Shown here: piece by piece, positions 17,687 through 25,403 of the stretch
Position numbering within the stretch: the first letter of the stretch is position 1
Layout: every line of letters begins with the position of its first letter
Assembly: GCA_964558415.1 (NCBI GenBank)
Contig: CAZLDI010000016.1
Coordinates: forward strand, 538 to 64,537
DNA: 64,000 nucleotides
Direction: 5' to 3'
Source of the DNA: an uncultured Dehalococcoidia bacterium
GTDB lineage: Bacteria; Chloroflexota; Dehalococcoidia; SM23-28-2; RBG-16-64-32
The notes under the pieces: generated by a model
The model's input: only the letters and a program-made list of their open reading frames with translations
Databases searched by the model: none
What the model was told of the DNA's origin: nothing
Made by a program: the position numbers and the translations under genes

Positions 17687-18277
17687 CTAATGCAGATCCA
17701 TTACTGTGTCGATCTCCGGCGGCAGCGTGCGCATGATCAGCAGCGTGCCACCCTGCGGAGGAACGACTTCCAGTGTGAAGATCTCGTTGGGTGCCAGGGT
17801 GGACGTACCCGGCGGGGAAACGTTGACCTCGAAGAGTTCGCCGTTCTCCAACAGGTTGTCGCCATCGCCCTGGATCTCCGTGACGGTGTACGTGGCATCA
17901 GCCACGCGCGCCTGTGCGTCGATGTAGTTCATGACCACCGAGTTCGTGGTGGCAGCCGGGTCCACTAAGACCGGGAAACCGCCGGCGGCGTTGGCCAGGT
18001 TAAACTCGATGTTGTCCGCGGCCGTGATCGTGCCACTCGCGTCCGTGTCTGTGATCGTCAGCGCGCCTCGGACCTCCAGGTTGCCCCGCGCCTTCTCCAG
18101 ACCGGCGAAGACAGTCTCCTTGCCTCGCTCGGCGCTGAACAGACCGGTGCTGAGCACCACGAAGGCGAACACCGAAGCGACAATCACGAAAGCAATGAGG
18201 ATGATCGCGGTCTCCAGACCGGTGATACCCTCTTCTCTCTTGTGCAGGCTGCCAAGCAGCCGCGTGATCTTGCGCAT
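17687..18277 (-). CDS. flaB: archaellin, paralog 1 (first gene of operon)
   Basis: 196 aa. A strong SD (AAGGAGG) precedes the ATG, and a 660 bp AT-richer leader/promoter region lies upstream. Confidence 0.85.
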   Translation of the reverse strand: MRKITRLLGSLHKREEGITGLETAIILIAFVIVASVFAFVVLSTGLFSAERGKETVFAGLEKARGNLEVRGALTITDTDASGTITAADNIEFNLANAAGGFPVLVDPAATTNSVVMNYIDAQARVADATYTVTEIQGDGDNLLENGELFEVNVSPPGTSTLAPNEIFTLEVVPPQGGTLLIMRTLPPEIDTVMDLH

Positions 18278-18540
18278 TTTGTCCTCCTTTGGGTCCCCCT
18301 TCGCGGGAGCCCATTTGCTGAATTGATCCGTTTCTAGGTCGTGCGAACTACGTAGTCGAATAACCGACCACCTCCTCGATTTTTCGGTTTTCCACTTCTA
18401 ATCGACGGCATTGATCCGGAAATGTTACGTGTACCGCCCCGAAATCCCGCCGACTCGAAACCATCCTGAAGTAAACGGTTAAGAAACGCCGCACGCGATC
18501 AGGAAAAGGCAAGAATCGGTGAAGACGGCTGCTATCGACG

Positions 18541-18801
18541 TCAGCGGCGGGGATCTGGTGCCGCCTCGGCGTGGGAAGCTGCCGTCGCCGGCTCGGCGTA
18601 GTAAGCGTCGCCGTCCGGCAGCACGCCCGGCGTGTCCGCGCGCGCAGACCCGGCGACAGCCAGCGCCATCGTGGCAACGGCCAGTGCCACCGTAACGCCC
18701 GCGATCAGCCGCTCGACGACGGTAAGCGCCCTCGGGTGTTGCTGCTGAATCATCCTGCGCATGTTGTTGGTCACTCCAGTTGTTTTGACGGGCGTCCGCA
18801 C
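18541..18801 (-). CDS. possible small membrane/secreted protein in archaellin upstream region (doubtful)
   Basis: 86 aa ORF with a hydrophobic stretch LIAGVTVALAVATMALAVAGSA. No homology recognised. It lies inside the 660 bp leader between the archaellin operon and the MMPL gene. Confidence 0.2.
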   Translation of the reverse strand: MRTPVKTTGVTNNMRRMIQQQHPRALTVVERLIAGVTVALAVATMALAVAGSARADTPGVLPDGDAYYAEPATAASHAEAAPDPRR

Positions 18802-18937
18802 TTTTCGTTACGTCGATTTCGCACATTGATGAAGGAATGAGAAGTGTGACGCGCGTCACTGTCTGGGGCCGCTGCGGTGCTTTAGGATATGGGCGCAATT
18901 TGAGCAAGCGCCCGAATAGTGGGCAGGAGATCCTACC

Positions 18938-21190
18938 GTGAGAATTCCGCTTTCCACCGAACGCCTCGCCGTTGCGAGCGCCCGCCGCCCCTGGACCGTC
19001 ATCGCGCTCTGGATCGCCGCCATCGTGGCCTCCGTCGCCGCGATTACCCTTTTCCTCTCCGATTCGCTGACAACGGAGATCGCCCTCACCAACAACCCGG
19101 AGTCCGTGCGCGCCGAGGACTTGCTCGAGCAACGCCTGCGCGGGCCTCAATCCACAAACGAGATCATCATCGTTCGCTCTGCCGACGTCACCGTCGACGA
19201 TCCGCAGTTCCAGGCGCTCGTCGAGGGCATCTATACCGACGTCGCCGCCCTCGGGCCCGGCATCATCGCCGGAGGTACGAACTTCTACCAGTCAAACGAC
19301 CCTTCGCTCGTTTCGCAGGACCGCCGCACCACCATCCTTCCTTTCGTGATGGCGGGCGACCACGAAGAGGCGGAGGACAACGTCGGTGGGGTCATCGACA
19401 TCGTCGAAACGGCCGACGGGACGGATGACTTCGCGGTCCTCATCACCGGTGGCGCAAGCATCAGCGAGGAGATCGGCGTTCAGGCCCAGCACGACCTCGA
19501 GCGCGGCGAGTCGATCGGCATTCCGATCGCGTTGCTGGTCCTCGTGCTCGTCTTCGGGGCGCTCATCGCCGCTGGCGTGCCGCTCCTGCTCGGCATCCTC
19601 TCGATCGCCGTCGCCGTCGGCGCGACCGCGCTGTTCGGGCAGGTCTTCCAATTCTCTTTCTTCGTGACCAACGTCATCACAATGATGGGGCTGGCCATTG
19701 GCATCGACTACTCGCTGTTCATCGTCTCTCGCTACCGCGAGGAACGAAATCGCGGCCTCGCGAAGCAGGACGCGATCGCCGCGACCGGCGCGACGGCCAG
19801 CCGCGCCGTCTTCTTCAGCGGCATGACCGTCGTCTTCGCGCTCTTCGGCATGCTGCTCGTCCCATCGACGATCTTCCGCAGCCTCGGCGCGGGGGCGATC
19901 ATCGTCGTCGTCGTTTCCGTCCTCGTCTCCCTGACCCTGCTGCCCGCGCTGCTCGGCCTCCTCGGCGACAAGGTCAACGCGCTGCGCGTGCCGTTCATCG
20001 GCCGCGGCGCGATCCAGGCGGACCACGAGAAGCGCGGCGGCTTCTGGGACACCGTCACCAGCTTCGTCATGCGGAATCCCGTCATCAGCCTCATCGCCTC
20101 CGCCGCGCTCCTGATCGGCCTGGCCGTACCCTACCTCGATATCAACACGGGCTCCGCCGGCGTGAGCACGCTCCCCGAGGCCCTCCAGGCGCGACAGGGC
20201 TTCGAGATCCTCCAGGAGCAGTTCTCCTTCGGCCTCGTCTCGCCGGCGGAGATCGCGATCGAGGGCGACATCGCGGGCGACGCGGTCCAGGGCGGGATCG
20301 AACGCCTGGAGTCGACGCTCGCGGCGCACCCGGAGTTCGGCCCCGGGAAGCTCACGGTCAACGAGCCGGGTGATGTCGCGCTTTACTCCGTGCCAGTGAA
20401 CGGCGACACGACGAGCAACGACACGCTGGCCAGCGTGCGCGCCCTACGCGAGGAGTACGTCCCGCAGGCGTTCGCGGGCGTGGACGCGACGGTACTGGTC
20501 GGCGGAGAGACCGCCAAGACGATGGAGTACATCGACCAGACCGCCGAGTCGACGCCGATCGTCTTCATCTTCGTGCTGGGGCTGAGCTTCGTGCTGCTGA
20601 CGCTCGTCTTCCGCTCCATCGTGGTGCCGTTCAAGGCGATCATCATGAACCTGCTCTCGGTGGGCGCGGCCTATGGGCTGCTGGTGCTCGTCTTCCAGAA
20701 AGGCGTCGGCAACGAGCTGTTCGGCTTCCAGCAGGTGGACATCATCGAGGCCTGGGTGCCCCTCTGGACGTTCTCGATCCTCTTCGGGCTATCGATGGAC
20801 TACCACGTGTTCCTGCTCAGCCGCATCCGCGAGCGCTTCGACCGCACCGGCGACAACCGCGAGTCGGTGGCGTTCGGGGTGCGCTCGACGGCGGGGATCA
20901 TTACCGGCGCGGCGCTGATCATGGCCAGCGTCTTCGGCGGCGTGGCGCTGGGCGACCTCGTGATGTTCCAGCAGATGGGCTTCGGCCTGGCGGTGGCGGT
21001 GCTGCTGGACGCGACGATCGTGCGCTCGGTGCTGGTGCCGGCCGCGATGGAGCTGCTGGGCGACCGCAACTGGTACCTCCCGCCGTTCCTGCGCTGGCTC
21101 CCCGACCTCCGCTTCGAGGGCGAGGGCAGCGGCAAGCAGCCGGAACCCGCCTGGCGCCCGGAGGCCCCCGGAGGCGCGAAGGCGGGGTAA
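18938..21190 (+). CDS. MMPL/RND-superfamily membrane transporter
   Basis: 750 aa with two 6-TM bundles and two periplasmic domains, typical of MMPL exporters. Confidence 0.85.
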   Translation: MRIPLSTERLAVASARRPWTVIALWIAAIVASVAAITLFLSDSLTTEIALTNNPESVRAEDLLEQRLRGPQSTNEIIIVRSADVTVDDPQFQALVEGIYTDVAALGPGIIAGGTNFYQSNDPSLVSQDRRTTILPFVMAGDHEEAEDNVGGVIDIVETADGTDDFAVLITGGASISEEIGVQAQHDLERGESIGIPIALLVLVLVFGALIAAGVPLLLGILSIAVAVGATALFGQVFQFSFFVTNVITMMGLAIGIDYSLFIVSRYREERNRGLAKQDAIAATGATASRAVFFSGMTVVFALFGMLLVPSTIFRSLGAGAIIVVVVSVLVSLTLLPALLGLLGDKVNALRVPFIGRGAIQADHEKRGGFWDTVTSFVMRNPVISLIASAALLIGLAVPYLDINTGSAGVSTLPEALQARQGFEILQEQFSFGLVSPAEIAIEGDIAGDAVQGGIERLESTLAAHPEFGPGKLTVNEPGDVALYSVPVNGDTTSNDTLASVRALREEYVPQAFAGVDATVLVGGETAKTMEYIDQTAESTPIVFIFVLGLSFVLLTLVFRSIVVPFKAIIMNLLSVGAAYGLLVLVFQKGVGNELFGFQQVDIIEAWVPLWTFSILFGLSMDYHVFLLSRIRERFDRTGDNRESVAFGVRSTAGIITGAALIMASVFGGVALGDLVMFQQMGFGLAVAVLLDATIVRSVLVPAAMELLGDRNWYLPPFLRWLPDLRFEGEGSGKQPEPAWRPEAPGGAKAG

Positions 21191-21400
21191 CCTCACCCCC
21201 GGCCCTCACCCCCGGCCCCGTAATCTCGCCAATCTGTATTCCCCGAGTCGCTCACCAACGGGGGTCAGGCTCGCAGCCTGACGCGCCGGCCGGGTCGGCA
21301 ACAGCACTGCCAGTACGCAGCCACTGCGCGCACAGGGACGGGGCGAGTCACGCAGGCGTGTGCCGCCAGGACCTTGTAACTCTCGCCGAAAGGTGCAATC

Positions 21401-21631
21401 GTGAACACGGAACCAAGCAGGATATGGAGAGCTGAGACGATGAACGTATCGGAGCTGAAGGCGGGAGACAGGGTACAGACTATTGACGGGACGCTCGCAG
21501 AGGTACTCAAGGAAAGCGAAGATGGGCGCTGGATCCTCGTTCGATACGTGGCCCATGCCAGCGATCCGAAGCTGATCGGAACCGAGGATCTCTGCTCTGA
21601 GGACGAAATCGAAGTCCGAATGACTTCGTAG
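21401..21631 (+). CDS. small hypothetical protein at start of lower-GC island
   Basis: 76 aa ORF. Local GC is visibly lower than the flanks. No homology recognised. Confidence 0.3.
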   Translation: MNTEPSRIWRAETMNVSELKAGDRVQTIDGTLAEVLKESEDGRWILVRYVAHASDPKLIGTEDLCSEDEIEVRMTS

Positions 21632-21779
21632 CTGCTTACCGTGCTCCGCCATGTCGGACGCAAGCGCCGCCCTGATGCTAGACCAGTTGTCAACAATTGG
21701 GTGTCATTTCCAGGTTGACTCACCGCGCTGTACGGCCCGAACATCTTTACAAGTAGGTCACTTGGCTAGGCGCTAAGAA

Positions 21780-22979
21780 ATGTTCACGAGTGTTTCTCTG
21801 TTCTCAGGGGCCGGTGGCCTCGACCTAGGCCTTGAGTCGCATGGTTTCGCGACCCGGGTATTCGTTGAGATAAACAAGGATGCTCAGGCCACGCTCAAGT
21901 TGAATCGCGCGGCGTGGCTCGTCCCTGATGCGGTGGTGCTGGGCGACATCACCCGGGTCTCAGCCTCAGAGGTTCTGGCGGCCGCCGATCTGCAGCCGGG
22001 GGAGAGTGGCCTGCTTGCCGGGGGCGCGCCCTGCCAATCCTTCAGCACCGCTGGCAGGCGGGCATCCATCGCAGATCCAAGAGGGAGTTTGTTCGCCCAT
22101 TTCGCCCGAATCGTTGACGGCCTCCAGCCTCGATTCTTTGTTTTCGAGAACGTACGGGGGATTCTCTCCGCCGCAATAAGACATCGGCCGCTCCACCTAC
22201 GTGGTCCCGAAGCTGAACCGCTCACTGAAGATGAGGAGCTAGGGAGCGCCGTGAAGAGAGTTATATTGCCCACCCTCCGCGATGACCTCGGCTATGAGGT
22301 CGTCTATGGGCTCGTCAACGCCGCGGATTATGGCGTCCCCCAGAAGCGCGATCGTGTCCTCTTCCTTGGGAGCCGCGACAGGGAGTTCGGGAGCGATCGC
22401 TGGCCATTCTTCGAGAACGCCATCGATCGGCTCATGCCTCCTACCCACTCGCGCTCCGGCGCTTACCCACTCGGTGGGTGGTGCACATTGGGAGACGCAA
22501 TCCGCGCACTCAGGGAGGAGGATCCTGAATTCGTGCCATACTCTGCCTCGAGGAAGGCTGTCCTCGATCTGGTACCGCCTGGAAAGAACTGGCGGTACCT
22601 GCGGGACAGCCTCGGTGACGAGTATCTCAGGAGCATCATGGGCGGAGCTTACGCGGCGGACGGCGGGAAAGTCGGCTTTTGGCGGCGCCTGGACTTCGAC
22701 AGGCCATGCCCGACCGTGCCAGCGAGTCCTATACAAAAGGGGACGTCGTTATGCCATCCCAAAGAGACTCGGCCCCTGTCGGTGCGCGAATACGCACGCG
22801 TTCAACAGTTCCCGGATTCGTATCAATTCGCTGGTTCAACTGCCTCCAAGTACCGACAGATTGGGAACGCAGTGCCCATCGGACTGGGTGAAGCCGTGGG
22901 GCGCGCGCTGATCGCAGTCACGCAAGGTCAAGTCCAGGTCGCCGAAGAACGTGCCACTTACGCCACAACAGCGCGCTGA
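21780..22979 (+). CDS. DNA (cytosine-5)-methyltransferase
   Basis: Motif I FSGAGG, motif IV GGAPCQSFSTAG, motif VI ENVRG and motif X RQIGNAVP are present, so the enzyme looks complete. Confidence 0.9.
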   Translation: MFTSVSLFSGAGGLDLGLESHGFATRVFVEINKDAQATLKLNRAAWLVPDAVVLGDITRVSASEVLAAADLQPGESGLLAGGAPCQSFSTAGRRASIADPRGSLFAHFARIVDGLQPRFFVFENVRGILSAAIRHRPLHLRGPEAEPLTEDEELGSAVKRVILPTLRDDLGYEVVYGLVNAADYGVPQKRDRVLFLGSRDREFGSDRWPFFENAIDRLMPPTHSRSGAYPLGGWCTLGDAIRALREEDPEFVPYSASRKAVLDLVPPGKNWRYLRDSLGDEYLRSIMGGAYAADGGKVGFWRRLDFDRPCPTVPASPIQKGTSLCHPKETRPLSVREYARVQQFPDSYQFAGSTASKYRQIGNAVPIGLGEAVGRALIAVTQGQVQVAEERATYATTAR

Positions 22980-23700
22980 CATCCAGGCGATTTTCACCAA
23001 GACGGTCGCCAATGCGTTCGATCGTTTGGGAAATTTGACTCTCCAAGCTCAGGCAATCAACCCCTTTCTGGCAGTTCTCGTTGCCAGAAGGCCACGGGAT
23101 CTGGCAGAGTTCATCGTTCACCAGAGGGTAGAGCGCGGCCTAGTGACATCGTTTGGCATGCAAATCCAGAGGATCGTGCTGCTTGTGGGGGACAACCTCC
23201 ACACCAGTGGGATCGAAGGCGCTGACCTCGAACGAATTGACGATGCGGTGCACCGCCACATCCTGGCGCAGTTGAAAAGCGGTCCCGAAACCGTCAACAG
23301 CGACATCGCAGGCCAGATCCGGAGGAATTTGAATTCAGCCGAGCATCGAATTAAGATGGGGGGCCTACCCCAGGGATGGGCTACAACCAAGATGCTGGGG
23401 ATGATCTACGGAACCCCGCGGCACCGCAATAGTTGGGTGATGAAGCTGGACGCCGAAGGTTTCGATGTAGACAAGATAGGAAGTGCATTTTGGCAATTCG
23501 CATCCGGGGCGTCTGACACTCACATAGAGGTCTTCCAAATAGCGTTTGAGGTTGCTCACTCTTACCGCCACGAGACCGGGCGCACACTCCCAGAGGCAAT
23601 TCAAGAGGCAATCGGATCCCTCACCAACGAGCTGCGCACTCACTACAGTGATTCGAAGGGTGACATAGATTGGACAAGGCTTCTCCAAGAGAACATGTAG
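22951..23700 (+). CDS. hypothetical protein, candidate type II restriction endonuclease partner of the C5-MTase
   Basis: 249 aa ORF overlapping the MTase 3' end by 29 nt, with no recognisable family. It is assigned by position only. Confidence 0.35.
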   Translation: MPLTPQQRADIQAIFTKTVANAFDRLGNLTLQAQAINPFLAVLVARRPRDLAEFIVHQRVERGLVTSFGMQIQRIVLLVGDNLHTSGIEGADLERIDDAVHRHILAQLKSGPETVNSDIAGQIRRNLNSAEHRIKMGGLPQGWATTKMLGMIYGTPRHRNSWVMKLDAEGFDVDKIGSAFWQFASGASDTHIEVFQIAFEVAHSYRHETGRTLPEAIQEAIGSLTNELRTHYSDSKGDIDWTRLLQENM

Positions 23701-24380
23701 GCGACAGGAGACAAGGGGATCGCCTTCTTGGTGAGGTGCAAGACAGGAAGGCGCGGTTTGTTCGTCGGCTCCTCAAATGGGGCAGAGCCAACCCAAGGAG
23801 CTTCCCATGGCGCGACCCGGGCCGAACGCCGTACGAGGTGCTGGTAGCCGAGTTGCTGCTTAAGCGAACCACATCTAAAGCCGCGGCGCGGGCGTATCCA
23901 ATCTTCCTGAACCGATTTCCGTCCTTCTCAGCGATCGCTGAGGCCAGAGAGCCTTACCTGGCTTCAGTTCTCCAACCCGTGGGCCTCTCCAAGCAGCGCG
24001 CGAAAGGGTTCCGTGAAATGGCCAAACACGTCGAAAAGGTCCATCACGGGACATTGCCAAGCAGGATTGCAGCGTTGGAGCAGCTACCACACACAGGGCC
24101 ATACAGCGCCCGGGCCGTGGCATCTTTCGCTTACAACCAAAGGGCCGCTATCGTCGATTCAAACGTCATCAGAGTTCTCAGTCGAGTCTTTGCCAAGTCG
24201 GTTCCGGAACGGCAAAGCCTTAAGGCCTGGCAGGCTCTGGCGGACTGCCTTGTCCCCAATCGTGAGCACCGGCTCTACAACTACGCCTTACTGGATCTCG
24301 GGGCTACGGTTTGCCGGTACGACCGGCCTCATTGTTCAGAATGTCCCCTAGCCGTGATCTGCGACTCGGCTAAACCCTAA
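23670..24380 (+). CDS. HhH-GPD family DNA glycosylase with [4Fe-4S] loop (EndoIII/MutY/Mig-like)
   Basis: HhH-GPD core and a terminal Cys-X6-Cys-X2-Cys-X5-Cys cluster (CRYDRPHCSECPLAVIC). It lies directly downstream of a C5-MTase, like Mig.MthI next to M.MthTI. Confidence 0.75.
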   Translation: MDKASPREHVGDRRQGDRLLGEVQDRKARFVRRLLKWGRANPRSFPWRDPGRTPYEVLVAELLLKRTTSKAAARAYPIFLNRFPSFSAIAEAREPYLASVLQPVGLSKQRAKGFREMAKHVEKVHHGTLPSRIAALEQLPHTGPYSARAVASFAYNQRAAIVDSNVIRVLSRVFAKSVPERQSLKAWQALADCLVPNREHRLYNYALLDLGATVCRYDRPHCSECPLAVICDSAKP

Positions 24381-24454
24381 CTACTGCTCCGCCACTGCCA
24401 CTTCCCCCTTAGACCTCCGCCCCAAACCCGATACTCTGAAACCGGAGGTGTCCC

Positions 24455-24994
24455 ATGCCCTGCAGCGAACATCACTTCATACCCATCCTCGACGAACTCC
24501 GCCAAACGCCGGACCCTGAGTTGCCGCCCGGCACGCAGCCGGAGACTCCTGAGCCGCCGTCCATTGCGAAGATCGCCGGCCGCACGTGGGGTGGCCACCG
24601 CCCCGGCGCGGGCGCGCCCAAAGGCAACCTCAACGCCCTCAAAGACGGCCGCCACTCTGCCCGCTACCGCCGCCTCGTCCAGTCGCTCGCCCTCCTCCCT
24701 GAGGTCCGCGACACCCTGATCGGCCTCGGCGAGCACCGCCGTCACCGTCAGCGCCTCGCGGAAGCCGGCGCCTCAGAGCTGCTCGCGGGGCTCCTCCAGC
24801 GCGCCGGCGAGATCGTCCTCCACCCCGAAAGCAATCATGTCGAGAACAATCAAGCTCTCCTCGACTTCCTCCGCAGCGCCGAGCTCAAACTTCGCGCGCT
24901 TTCGAAAATGCAATCAAGAGAAGCTCGCCAAATCGACCGGTCAATCAAGCAGCAGGCCCGCAGACGGCCTCCGCCTCACTCCTCCGCGAAGTAG
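24455..24994 (+). CDS. hypothetical protein (basic; GGHRPGAGAPKGNLNALKDG motif, possibly phage/mobile-element DNA-binding)
   Basis: 179 aa. The last codons run into the duplicated malic-enzyme 3' fragment. Confidence 0.35.
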   Translation: MPCSEHHFIPILDELRQTPDPELPPGTQPETPEPPSIAKIAGRTWGGHRPGAGAPKGNLNALKDGRHSARYRRLVQSLALLPEVRDTLIGLGEHRRHRQRLAEAGASELLAGLLQRAGEIVLHPESNHVENNQALLDFLRSAELKLRALSKMQSREARQIDRSIKQQARRRPPPHSSAK

Positions 24995-25062
24995 TCCGGG
25001 TCGAGGTCGCGGGTGGCGAGGGCGCGGTCGACGCAGGCGCGGGCGACGGCGCGGTGGAGCGT
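24975..25062. repeat. direct repeat copy A: pseudo 3' end of malic enzyme gene (encodes ...DRALATRDLDPDYFAEE* on minus strand)
   Basis: About 69 bp identical to 25873..25941, continuing with a 12-bp indel and 2 mismatches for about 15 more bp. Confidence 0.85.
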
Positions 25063-25073
25063 ATAATTCCTGT

Positions 25074-25403
25074 ATGACCACCAGCACGCGGTTCGACCTG
25101 CCTCATGCCGCCGTCGCGGCCCTGTGCCAGCGACGTCACATCCGAAAGCTATCGCTTTTCGGATCGGTACTGCGGGATGACTTCGGCCCGGACAGTGATA
25201 TCGACGTGCTGGTTGAGTTCGAGGAGGGTCACGTCCCCGGCTTCGGCTTCGTGGCCGTTCAGCAGGAGCTGTCAGAGCTGGTCGGGCGCCCCGTGGACCT
25301 TGTGACGCCGAAGGGGCTCAACCGGCGCATACGCGAGAAGGTGCTCGCGCAAGCAAAGGTGGAGTATGCCGGCGGCGGCGTCGGTCAGCGGGCAGACTGG
25401 TAG
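25074..25403 (+). CDS. nucleotidyltransferase (MNT-type minimal NTase of HEPN/MNT toxin-antitoxin class)
   Basis: GS...D.D motif LSLFGSVLRDDFGPDSDIDVLVEF. Start at ATG 25074, with TATAAT at 25062-25067 only 6 nt upstream (possible leaderless transcript). The 188 aa track ORF is an over-extension. Confidence 0.75.
   Translation: MTTSTRFDLPHAAVAALCQRRHIRKLSLFGSVLRDDFGPDSDIDVLVEFEEGHVPGFGFVAVQQELSELVGRPVDLVTPKGLNRRIREKVLAQAKVEYAGGGVGQRADW

Larger units (their letters stand above)
15812..18277 (-). repeat. four tandem ~625 bp direct repeats (archaellin gene array, 33-37 bp spacers each with own SD)
   Basis: Near-identical coding sequences are repeated four times. Divergence is concentrated in a short internal segment. 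Confidence 0.9.

Noticed and set aside
15826-18326. Multiple plus-strand and alternate-frame ORFs (e.g. 16677..17690 337 aa, 16367..17062, 17931..18326, 16053..16439) overlapping the archaellin genes
   Set aside because: These are antisense or shifted frames of a highly repeated high-GC coding array. They are repeated because the underlying DNA is repeated, have Arg/Ala-rich composition and have no independent signals.
19292-20329. 345-aa Asp/Glu/Arg-rich ORF antisense to the MMPL transporter
   Set aside because: The MMPL frame has clear TM periodicity and family features. The antisense ORF is compositional noise.
21264-21282. GTCAGGCT-cgc-AGCCTGAC hairpin 75 nt after the MMPL stop as a possible terminator
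   Set aside because: It has no U-tract and only a 3-nt loop. It is recorded as possible but too weak to call.
21687-21717. Inverted hexamers GTCAAC...GTTGAC (21-bp spacer) upstream of the C5-MTase as a possible controller-protein box
   Set aside because: No C-protein (small HTH) gene is present in the R-M module. The spacing does not match known C-boxes.
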